Positions 9,133 to 17,042 of a stretch of DNA of 32,000 nucleotides are shown here, piece by piece. Position numbers and translations under genes: made by a program. Position 1 is the first letter of the stretch; each line of letters begins with the position of its first letter. Under the pieces are notes generated by a model. The model saw only the letters and a list, made by a program, of their open reading frames with translations. It was not told where the DNA came from and did not search any database. This DNA is from Candidatus Pelagibacter sp. HTCC7211 (lineage in GTDB: Bacteria > Pseudomonadota > Alphaproteobacteria > Pelagibacterales > Pelagibacteraceae), in the NCBI RefSeq assembly GCF_000155895.1, contig NZ_DS995298.1:600001-632000 (forward strand), written 5' to 3'.

Positions 9133-10551
9133 TTAATTAGTTTGAGTATCCTTAAATTTGGTAAATCTTTCCTCAAATTCTAGAGTTACATTGCCAATTG
9201 GTCCATGTCTTTGTTTTCCAATTATGATTTGTGCTAGATGCGCAACTTCATTCATTTTTGCTTGCCATTCTGCATGTTCAACAGTTGCCTCTCTCGGTTC
9301 TTTTCTTTGTAAATAATATCCTTCTCTATATACAAACATGACAACATCAGCATCTTGTTCAATAGAACCTGACTCTCTTAAGTCAGCTAGCTGAGGTTTA
9401 TGATCATCTCTTTGCTCAACTTGCCTTGATAATTGTGACAAGGCTACAACTGGGACAGATAATTCTTTAGCAATTGCTTTAAGTCCTTGAGTGATTTGTG
9501 AAATTTCCTGAACTCTACCATCTTTATTATAAGTAGTACCTCTCATTAATTGAATATAATCAACCACAATCATATCTAGGCCAAATAATCTTTTTATACG
9601 TCTTGCTCTATTACTCATTGCCGCAATACTAATTGCTGGTGTCTCATCAATGTATAATGGAAGTTCTGCTATATTTTTTGATGTTTCTAAAAATTTATCA
9701 AATTGTTCATCAGAAATTCTTCCTCGTCTTATATCATTTGAACTAATTCTAGCTTGTTCAGAAATTATTCTAGTTGATAATTGTTCTGATGACATTTCTA
9801 GTGAAAAAAAAGCTATAGAAGATTTTTTTCCGCTATCTTGTAATTTTTGAGCTGCATTAAATGCAATATTTGTTGCAAGAGATGTTTTACCCATTGAAGG
9901 TCGTCCAGCAATTATAATTAAATCTGATTGATGTAACCCGCCAAGTTTGTCGTCTAAATCTCTAAGACCAGTTGGTACACCAACTATACCTTCCTCATTT
10001 TTATAAGCTGCTGATGCCATTTCAATTGTTTGTTTCATTGCTTCATCAAACTTTATTAGAGAAGAATTAAAAGAGCCTTTCTCAGCTAAATCAAATAATA
10101 ATCTTTCAGAGTTTTCAATTATATTTTGACCATTAGTATCTAACTCATTTAGTTTAGCGCTATCAATTGTTTGTTCTGAAATTTTAATTAATTCACGTCT
10201 TACAAACATATCATAAATAATTTTTGAATACTCTATTGCTTGGCGAACAGACGTAGAAAATTTTGTAATTTTAACTAAATATTCTGGAACATTTAAATCA
10301 TCTTTTTCATCTTCAAAATAATTTTTAAGAGTGATTGGATTTGCAAGCATGCCCTTATAAATTAAGCTTTCAATTGCTTCATAAATTTTTTGATGCATAG
10401 GGTCATAAAAATTAATACTTGAAATTATGGTACTAATTTCATCAAATATATCATTGCTTACCAAGATAGAGCCTATGACAGCTTGTTCGGCTTCGATATT
10501 ATTTGGTAATTCTTTAAACTGATCTTTTACGATGCTTAAGTTATTTTCCAT
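9133..10551 (-). CDS. dnaB: Replicative DNA helicase
   Basis: 472 aa. N-terminal PNNIEAEQAVIGSIL motif, Walker A GRPSMGKTSLATNIA, Walker B MIVVDYIQLM, C-terminal IIIGKQRHGP. No intein insertion. Confidence 0.95.
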   Translation of the reverse strand: MENNLSIVKDQFKELPNNIEAEQAVIGSILVSNDIFDEISTIISSINFYDPMHQKIYEAIESLIYKGMLANPITLKNYFEDEKDDLNVPEYLVKITKFSTSVRQAIEYSKIIYDMFVRRELIKISEQTIDSAKLNELDTNGQNIIENSERLLFDLAEKGSFNSSLIKFDEAMKQTIEMASAAYKNEEGIVGVPTGLRDLDDKLGGLHQSDLIIIAGRPSMGKTSLATNIAFNAAQKLQDSGKKSSIAFFSLEMSSEQLSTRIISEQARISSNDIRRGRISDEQFDKFLETSKNIAELPLYIDETPAISIAAMSNRARRIKRLFGLDMIVVDYIQLMRGTTYNKDGRVQEISQITQGLKAIAKELSVPVVALSQLSRQVEQRDDHKPQLADLRESGSIEQDADVVMFVYREGYYLQRKEPREATVEHAEWQAKMNEVAHLAQIIIGKQRHGPIGNVTLEFEERFTKFKDTQTN

Positions 10552-10619
10552 TTAGAATAATTTACAGAGTTATCTTCTAAATAAAATTACTAATAATGGC
10601 TGGGGAAAAAAATGTATAA

Positions 10620-11078
10620 TTATTGAATTGTATCAGCAGATGAAACACTGATAGTTATCTCTGCATCAACTTCAGAGTGTAAAGAAATTTTAACTTTAAA
10701 TTTACCTAAAGATTTAATTTCTTCAACTGGTTGAATCATAGATGGTTTAATGTCTATTTTATTTTTCTCTTGCATTAATTTTGCTATTTCAGTTGGTTTA
10801 ACAGAACCATATAATTCATTATTTTCAGTACTTAATTTTTTAACAGAATATTCTTTACCATTAATTTGTTCAGAAACTTGAATAGCTTCTTTTTTCTTTT
10901 CATTATCTTTTTTAGATAGATCAGTTTTAATTTTTTCAACCTCTAAAATATTTTCTTTTGATGCGTATAGTGCTTTTTTATTAGCTATTAAAAAATTTCT
11001 TGCGTAGCCTCTCTTAACATCTATTACTTCACCAATAGAACCAACTCTTTTCACATTTTCTAATAAAATTACTTTCAT
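10620..11078 (-). CDS. rplI: 50S ribosomal protein L9
   Basis: N-terminus MKVILLENVKRVGSIGEVIDVKRGYARNFL is the canonical L9 N-domain. It is the last gene of the rpsF-rpsR-rplI run. Confidence 0.9.
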   Translation of the reverse strand: MKVILLENVKRVGSIGEVIDVKRGYARNFLIANKKALYASKENILEVEKIKTDLSKKDNEKKKEAIQVSEQINGKEYSVKKLSTENNELYGSVKPTEIAKLMQEKNKIDIKPSMIQPVEEIKSLGKFKVKISLHSEVDAEITISVSSADTIQ

Positions 11079-11079
11079 T

Positions 11080-11352
11080 TTATAATAACGCTAAATTTCT
11101 AGCTCTTTTTATTGAAAGAGATAATTCTCTTTGTTTTTTTTGAGAAACATTTGTAATTCTTGAAGGTAAAATTTTACCATTTTCAGACATATATTTTTTT
11201 AAAAGTCTAATGTTTTTGTAGTCAACTGCAGGTGCGCCTTTCGCTGAAAGTGGACAATTTTTTTTAAATTTATATTTATTAGGTTGAAAGATACTTAGCT
11301 TTGCAAAGTTACTTTGTTTACCTTTTTTGTTTCCACTTTGTCTCTTAGGCAT
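11080..11352 (-). CDS. rpsR: 30S ribosomal protein S18
   Basis: 90 aa. It has [47 protein letters not shown], the conserved S18 core. It is 1 nt from rplI and 2 nt from rpsF. Confidence 0.9.
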   Translation of the reverse strand: MPKRQSGNKKGKQSNFAKLSIFQPNKYKFKKNCPLSAKGAPAVDYKNIRLLKKYMSENGKILPSRITNVSQKKQRELSLSIKRARNLALL

Positions 11353-11354
11353 AA

Positions 11355-11708
11355 TTAGTTTTTATAACTTTCTTTTTTGTCATCATCTTCTCTTTTTGTA
11401 AAATAATTTGTATCTAAATCAAATTTTTTAACTTTAACTGTTAAATATCTAAGTAATTTTTTATCAATAGCCTCATTTTTTTCTAATTCTTCTATTACAT
11501 TTCCTTTACCTTTAATCTTAAAGTGAATGAAGCTTCCTTTTTTATTTTTTTTAATTAGGTATGATAAATTAATTAATCCCCAATTTTCGGTTTTAACAAT
11601 CTCGCCTTCATTTTTTTCAACAATTTTAGAATACTTTTCAGTTAATTGCTTAATTTCACTCGGTGATGTATCCTGCCTAGCTATAATTGTATGTTCGTAT
11701 AAATTCAT
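11355..11708 (-). CDS. rpsF: 30S ribosomal protein S6
   Basis: N-terminus [13 protein letters not shown] and an acidic C-terminal tail. It is the first gene of the S6-S18-L9 operon, with no priB between S6 and S18. Confidence 0.9.
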   Translation of the reverse strand: MNLYEHTIIARQDTSPSEIKQLTEKYSKIVEKNEGEIVKTENWGLINLSYLIKKNKKGSFIHFKIKGKGNVIEELEKNEAIDKKLLRYLTVKVKKFDLDTNYFTKREDDDKKESYKN

Positions 11709-11795
11709 TTAAGTTCTTTAATAAAAAGTGAGGATATACTATTATAAATGTTCAATTACAATAGTTAAAAAGGCAAAATAAATAGTTTTTTTTAT
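11709..11795. promoter_or_regulatory. Divergent promoter/5'-UTR region between rpsF (-) and fabD (+)
   Basis: This 87-nt spacer separates two divergent start codons, so both promoters must lie here or just inside the neighbouring genes. On the minus strand there is a perfect TATAAT (complement of 11741-11746) about 35 nt upstream of the rpsF ATG. The -35 match is poor (TTTAAC), and TATAAT-like hexamers occur by chance in AT-rich DNA. Confidence 0.3.
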
Positions 11796-12722
11796 ATGTT
11801 TTCAGTAATTTTTCCTGGTCAAGGTTCTCAAATGGTTGGTATGGGAAAGGAATTTTATGACAAGTTTGATCTTGTTAAAAATCTATTTAAAGAGGCCGAT
11901 GAAAGCCTAAATTATCCTTTATCAAAAATTATATTAGATGGTCCTAAAGAAGAATTGGATTTAACAGCTAATACTCAACCAGCAATTTTTTTAATTAGTT
12001 ATGCAATTTTTAATGTTGTTAAAAAAGAGTTTAATATTGATTTAAGTAAAGCAAAATACTTTGCTGGCCATTCATTAGGTGAATATTCAGCTTTATCTTG
12101 TGGAGGATACTTGCCTTTTTCTGAAACCTTGAAAATATTAAGAATAAGAGGAGACGCAATGCAAAACTCAGTTCCGAAAGGTGAAGGGGGAATGGTTGCA
12201 GTTTTAGGTTCCACAGTCGAGATTATCGAAAAAGTTTTAGAAGAAAATGATCAAAATTTCAAAGCACAAATAGCAAATGATAATTCTGAAGGACAAATTG
12301 TTCTAAGTGGTCAAATCAAAGATTTAGATAAACTAATTATAATTCTAAAAGAAAAATCAATTAAAAATATTAAGCTACCTGTAAGCGCTCCATTTCATTG
12401 TAGTTTAATGAATAAAGCAACTCAAGTGATGAGCACAGAGTTAAATAAATTAAATTTCTTACAATCAGAAATAAAATTAATTTCAAATGTTACTGCAGAA
12501 GAAATAATAAATATAGATGAGCTGAAAGAACTACTTATCAAACAAATTGAAAACAGAGTTAGATGGAGAGAAAGCGTGATAAATATGATCAATAATAATG
12601 TAAATCATTTTATTGAAATTGGTCCGGGAAAAGTTTTGTCTGGATTAGTAAAAAGAATTAACAAAGAAGTAAAAATAAGTACTATAAATAATCAAAATGA
12701 TATTGAAAGTTTAGAAATATGA
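11796..12722 (+). CDS. fabD: Malonyl-CoA:ACP transacylase
   Basis: N-terminus FPGQGSQMVGMG and the active-site GHSLGEYSAL. There is an ATGA stop/start overlap with fabG. Confidence 0.95.
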   Translation: MFSVIFPGQGSQMVGMGKEFYDKFDLVKNLFKEADESLNYPLSKIILDGPKEELDLTANTQPAIFLISYAIFNVVKKEFNIDLSKAKYFAGHSLGEYSALSCGGYLPFSETLKILRIRGDAMQNSVPKGEGGMVAVLGSTVEIIEKVLEENDQNFKAQIANDNSEGQIVLSGQIKDLDKLIIILKEKSIKNIKLPVSAPFHCSLMNKATQVMSTELNKLNFLQSEIKLISNVTAEEIINIDELKELLIKQIENRVRWRESVINMINNNVNHFIEIGPGKVLSGLVKRINKEVKISTINNQNDIESLEI

Positions 12723-13456
12723 GTAACTTAGAAAATAAGAATATTATAGTAACTGGAGCATCAGGTGGAATAGGAAATGCTATAATTAAAAAATTAAATG
12801 AAGTAGGTGCAAATATTGTAGCATCTGGAACCAGAATTGAAAAACTAGAAGAGCTTAAAAAAAAATACGAAAAAATTAAAATAGTAAAATTTGATATCTC
12901 TCAAAGTGAAAAAATTGAAGAATTTATTGATAATGCTACCAATGAATTAGGTGGAAGTTTAGATGGGATAATAAATAATGCTGGGATTACAGAGGATAAT
13001 TTAGCAATAAGGATGAGTTTAGAAGAATGGCAAAAAGTTATAAATATTAATCTAACCTCAACATTTTTATTAAGTAAGTTTGCAATTAAAAAAATGCTTA
13101 AAAATAAATCTGGAAAAATTGTAAATATTACTTCAGTAGTAGGTCACACTGGTAACTTAGGACAGGCAAATTATACTGCATCCAAAGCTGGTATTGTTGC
13201 AATGTCAAAAAGTCTAGCAATTGAATATGCAAAAAAAAATATAAATATAAATTGTATTTCACCAGGATTTATTAAAACTGCTATGACAGATAAAATAGAT
13301 GAAAAGTTCAAAGAAGTTATAATATCAAAAATACCATCTGCTAGACTAGGTGAACCAGACGATATTGCAAATGCAGTTCTTTTTTTAAGCTCAGACCAGT
13401 CTAATTATATAAATGGACAGACAATGCATGTAAATGGAGGCATGTATATGGCTTGA
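12719..13456 (+). CDS. fabG: 3-oxoacyl-ACP reductase (SDR family)
   Basis: NAD(P)-binding TGASGGIGNAI, NNAGIT, and catalytic YTASKAG. It sits between fabD and acpP. Confidence 0.9.
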   Translation: MSNLENKNIIVTGASGGIGNAIIKKLNEVGANIVASGTRIEKLEELKKKYEKIKIVKFDISQSEKIEEFIDNATNELGGSLDGIINNAGITEDNLAIRMSLEEWQKVININLTSTFLLSKFAIKKMLKNKSGKIVNITSVVGHTGNLGQANYTASKAGIVAMSKSLAIEYAKKNININCISPGFIKTAMTDKIDEKFKEVIISKIPSARLGEPDDIANAVLFLSSDQSNYINGQTMHVNGGMYMA

Positions 13457-13506
13457 CAAAATAGCTTTTTAAACTATTAAGAATTTAAAACTAAAAAAGG
13501 ATCAAT
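13457..13506 (+). promoter_or_regulatory. fabG-acpP spacer with Shine-Dalgarno for acpP
   Basis: AAGGA at 13497-13501 lies 5 nt upstream of the acpP ATG (13507). It is one of the few clear SD sequences in the window. Whether an internal promoter is also present cannot be judged from the sequence. Confidence 0.5.
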
Positions 13507-13746
13507 ATGTCAGAAGACGTTTCAAGCAAAGTAAAAAAAATTGTAGCAGATCACTTAGGTATCGATGAAGCAAAAGTAACTGAGGAATCTAGTTTTATAG
13601 ATGACTTAGGAGCTGATAGTTTAGATACAGTTGAATTAGTGATGGCTTTTGAAGAAGAGTTTGGATCAGAAATTTCAGATAGCGAAGCAGAGAAAATTTT
13701 AACTGTAGGCGATGCAGTTAAGTTTATCGAAGGAAAAGCTAACTAA
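13507..13746 (+). CDS. acpP: Acyl carrier protein
   Basis: 79 aa with the phosphopantetheine attachment motif [13 protein letters not shown]. Confidence 0.95.
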   Translation: MSEDVSSKVKKIVADHLGIDEAKVTEESSFIDDLGADSLDTVELVMAFEEEFGSEISDSEAEKILTVGDAVKFIEGKAN

Positions 13747-13754
13747 TAATTTTA

Positions 13755-14387
13755 ATGCCCTTAGAAAAACATGGGGTAATGATAATTTTATCTTCTCCAT
13801 CTGGAGCAGGTAAAACCACATTGGTCAAGATGTTATCTAGTCTTGATAATTTTGAAATCTCAGTTTCTCACACTACACGACAACCAAGGCCTAATGAAAC
13901 ATCTAACAAAGATTATTTTTTTATTGATGAAAATGAATTTGAAAGACTAATCAAAAACGAGGAATTTCTTGAATATGCAAAAGTATTCAACAACCTTTAT
14001 GGCACTTCAAGAACACCAGTAATTGATAAATTAGATAAAGGTAAAAACGTTTTATTTGATATTGATTGGCAAGGAGCCGACCAAATTAAAAATAAAAAAC
14101 TTGATTACAAGCTAATAACTTTTTTTATCCTTCCCCCAAGTAAAGATGAGCTATTTGAAAGACTTTCAAATCGAGATATGAAAGATAAGTTAATAGCAGA
14201 AGAGCGAATGAAACAATTTGAAAGAGATGTATTGCATTGGATTAACTATGATTATGTAGTTGTCAATGATAATTTGGATACTTGTTTTTCAAAGATTAAA
14301 AATTTAATAGATGCTGAAGTTAGCAATGGATCTAAGGATTACGATTTAGAGTTTATCAGAAATCATGTAAATAAATTAACTTCCTAA
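13755..14387 (+). CDS. gmk: Guanylate kinase
   Basis: P-loop [11 protein letters not shown], the TTRQPRPNE motif, and [12 protein letters not shown]. Its 3' end overlaps the 3' end of the convergent rsmA by 12 nt. Confidence 0.95.
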   Translation: MPLEKHGVMIILSSPSGAGKTTLVKMLSSLDNFEISVSHTTRQPRPNETSNKDYFFIDENEFERLIKNEEFLEYAKVFNNLYGTSRTPVIDKLDKGKNVLFDIDWQGADQIKNKKLDYKLITFFILPPSKDELFERLSNRDMKDKLIAEERMKQFERDVLHWINYDYVVVNDNLDTCFSKIKNLIDAEVSNGSKDYDLEFIRNHVNKLTS

Positions 14388-15161
14388 TTTTTCATAAGCT
14401 TCTGTTAACTTATAATAAGTATTGAAATCTAAATTTTGAGGCCTTAAATTTAAATTAATATTAAGTTCATCTAAAACTTTTTGATTACCATTAAATAATT
14501 GATTAAAAGGTTTTTTTATCATTTTTCTTCGGTGATTAAAAAAGACTCTAGTAACTTTTTCTAAGTTTTTTGGATTTTTTATTTTAAAAAAATCTTTTTT
14601 AGGTGAAAAAAATAATAAAGAGCTATCAATTTTTGGTTTCGGAGAAAAACAATCAGGTTTTATATCACAAATCTTTTCTACATTTAGCTTCCAATTACTT
14701 ATAATTGATAATCTTCCATAATTAGACGTATCAAATTTAGCAATTATTCTATCTGCTACTTCTTTTTGAAACATTAAAATCAAGTTGTTGAACCACAAAT
14801 CTTTTGAAGAATTTGTTATCCACTTACTAAGTATTTCAGTAGATATGTTATATGGCAAATTACCAAAAACTGTTACTTTACTCTCAAATAATGAACTTTC
14901 ATTTATTTTTAGAATATCATCATTTATAATTGTAAGTTGATCTTTAAATGTTTCCTCTAAATGATTTGCAAGTTTTTCATCTTTTTCTACAACAAAAATT
15001 TTTTTTGGTTTTTTTTTAAGAATAAATGAAGTTAAATTTCCAGTTCCTGGGCCAACCTCTAAAATAGTTTCATCAGTAATTTGGATAATATTTGTAATTT
15101 TTTCTAGAATATTTCTATCCACTAAGAAATTCTGGCCTAAACTTTTTTTAGCTTTTATCAA
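14376..15161 (-). CDS. rsmA: 16S rRNA (adenine1518/1519-N6)-dimethyltransferase
   Basis: [18 protein letters not shown] and the SAM loop [11 protein letters not shown], then NLPYNIST. The start is a TTG (15159-15161) forming a TTGA overlap with the pdxA stop. There is no in-frame ATG before the SAM motif. Confidence 0.9.
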   Translation of the reverse strand: MIKAKKSLGQNFLVDRNILEKITNIIQITDETILEVGPGTGNLTSFILKKKPKKIFVVEKDEKLANHLEETFKDQLTIINDDILKINESSLFESKVTVFGNLPYNISTEILSKWITNSSKDLWFNNLILMFQKEVADRIIAKFDTSNYGRLSIISNWKLNVEKICDIKPDCFSPKPKIDSSLLFFSPKKDFFKIKNPKNLEKVTRVFFNHRRKMIKKPFNQLFNGNQKVLDELNINLNLRPQNLDFNTYYKLTEAYEKLGS

Positions 15162-16120
15162 TTTTTATCCAAAAATTTTATAGCCCTTAATAAGCTCAGT
15201 GGGTTGGATAGATTTTTGCCCAGCATAGTTTCATTAGGTCCATGGTCTGGAGATATCCTTATAAAAGGCAAACCTAGTGTTATATTGATAGCATCGTATT
15301 CATAGAGTGTTTTGATAGGAGTTAAAACCTGATCATGATACATGCCAACAATTACATCAAAATTTTTTCTATTATTTTTAAGAAAAATTGTATCAGCTGG
15401 ATATGGACCAGACACATTATACTTTCTTTTTAAGTATTTAATTGAAGGTTTAATTATTTTTTCATCTTCATTATATGAATGAACACTTTCACAGTGAGGG
15501 TTTAAACCTAAAATAGCAATACGTGGTTTAAATTTAAATCTTTTTTCATAAAAATTATTAATTAAAGATACTTTTTTTAAAATAACCTGTTTTGTTATTT
15601 TCTTTGCAACCAGTTTTAATGGTAAATGAGTTGTAATTGGACATACAGATAGTTTTTTATTAAAAATTAACATGCAAGTATTTTCTGATAAAAATTTTTC
15701 AGAGATATATTCGGTAATTCCCAAAAATTTATTTTTTAAAAAACTTTTTTTTGAAATTGGCCCATTAATAAACTTATTAATATTATTATTTTTAATAGCT
15801 CTAAATGCTAATTCAAATGAATTTTTTATAAATGTATTTGATTTGCTTGATATTTTTTCAAAAGCTTTATCAGGGTTATATCTTACATTTATTAAGTTTA
15901 TTACTTTGTTATCAAGTTTATAAAATTTTAGCTTATCTATATTTAGAAGTCTTATCTTATTTTTAAAACCTAATTTTTTCATTTGAAGATTTAATAATTT
16001 CTTAGATGAAATCAGTATTATTGGATTTTTAATTTTATTATTATTGAATATTTTAAAAAATAATTCTAAAAAGACACTATTTGGTTCACCCGAGACTATT
16101 AAAATTGGACTATAATTCAT
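15158..16120 (-). CDS. pdxA: 4-hydroxythreonine-4-phosphate dehydrogenase
   Basis: GEPNS near the N-terminus, LGLNPHCES, MYHDQVL, and LPFIRISPDHGP, which are PdxA family signatures. It occupies the classical surA-pdxA-rsmA position. Confidence 0.9.
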   Translation of the reverse strand: MNYSPILIVSGEPNSVFLELFFKIFNNNKIKNPIILISSKKLLNLQMKKLGFKNKIRLLNIDKLKFYKLDNKVINLINVRYNPDKAFEKISSKSNTFIKNSFELAFRAIKNNNINKFINGPISKKSFLKNKFLGITEYISEKFLSENTCMLIFNKKLSVCPITTHLPLKLVAKKITKQVILKKVSLINNFYEKRFKFKPRIAILGLNPHCESVHSYNEDEKIIKPSIKYLKRKYNVSGPYPADTIFLKNNRKNFDVIVGMYHDQVLTPIKTLYEYDAINITLGLPFIRISPDHGPNETMLGKNLSNPLSLLRAIKFLDKN

Positions 16121-17039
16121 TTATTATTGTGTCTTTTTTTACTTTATTAAAATATATATTTGAAAAACGATTTAGTTGTTGATTTGTTTTTTCATCAACT
16201 ATTTTTTTAATTTCTTTATCTAAATCAAAATCTTTCTTTACTTGTCTTAAATCTATAAGTTTTAGTATCAAAAAACCACCTGGTACTAATATTGGATTTG
16301 TGTGTTCTCCAATTTTTAATTTTTTAAGTTCATTAAAAATTTTTTTACTTAAGATAGACTCTTTTACCCAGCCTAATTTACCACCTTTATTTGCAGTATT
16401 AGAAATACTATATATTAAAGCTGTTTGAGAAAAATCATTCTTTTCAATACTATTGTTAATAACATTTGATTTATCGTTTAAATTTTCATTTTCATTTATA
16501 TCAAATAAAATTTCTGAAATTAAAAATTCCGACTGCTTATCGTTCTTTTTTAAATCATTTATAATTAATTGTTTATTAATTTTAACATTTTTTTTATATT
16601 TCGTGTAAATCAATTGGTTCCACAACATTTCAAGTGTAATTTTTTTTCTTATCATATTTGGATTAATATTTTTATTTAAAAAAAATTTTTCAAATTCAGG
16701 AATAGATGTAATTTTTAAATCTTTAAAATAATTCAATATAAGATTATTTAAAACTTGATCTTTGATCTTAATATCCTTAATTATTTTTTTTATTTCAATT
16801 TCCTTAATCTTTTCTCTAATCAGAGAATTTTTTGAAATTTGAAATGCATCTTCTTTTTTAATATTTTTAAATTCCTTATTAATAATTTGAAGGTATTGTA
16901 CTTCATTAAGTATATCTAATGATGTTATGATTTCATTGTTTACTTTAAAAAGAATCTTATTTTCAGATGATTTTGAATGATTAATTATTAAAGATAAATA
17001 AATTATAAATATAATTGTATATTTAGATATTTTTATCAT
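16110..17039 (-). CDS. surA: SurA-like periplasmic chaperone / parvulin-type peptidyl-prolyl isomerase
   Basis: It has a signal peptide, a SurA-N-like helical region and a single parvulin domain (GGKLGWVKES...PGGFLILKLIDLR). It lies between lptD and pdxA as in E. coli. It is shorter (309 aa) than E. coli SurA, with one PPIase domain. Confidence 0.75.
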   Translation of the reverse strand: MIKISKYTIIFIIYLSLIINHSKSSENKILFKVNNEIITSLDILNEVQYLQIINKEFKNIKKEDAFQISKNSLIREKIKEIEIKKIIKDIKIKDQVLNNLILNYFKDLKITSIPEFEKFFLNKNINPNMIRKKITLEMLWNQLIYTKYKKNVKINKQLIINDLKKNDKQSEFLISEILFDINENENLNDKSNVINNSIEKNDFSQTALIYSISNTANKGGKLGWVKESILSKKIFNELKKLKIGEHTNPILVPGGFLILKLIDLRQVKKDFDLDKEIKKIVDEKTNQQLNRFSNIYFNKVKKDTIINEL

Positions 17040-17042
17040 TTT

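Noticed and set aside
10552-10619. Possible terminator or small RNA in the 68-nt rplI-dnaB spacer (contains GGCTGGGG)
   Set aside because: There is no complementary arm for a hairpin and no U-tract after the G-rich element. The spacer is too short for a tRNA. It probably holds only the dnaB translation-initiation region or a promoter.
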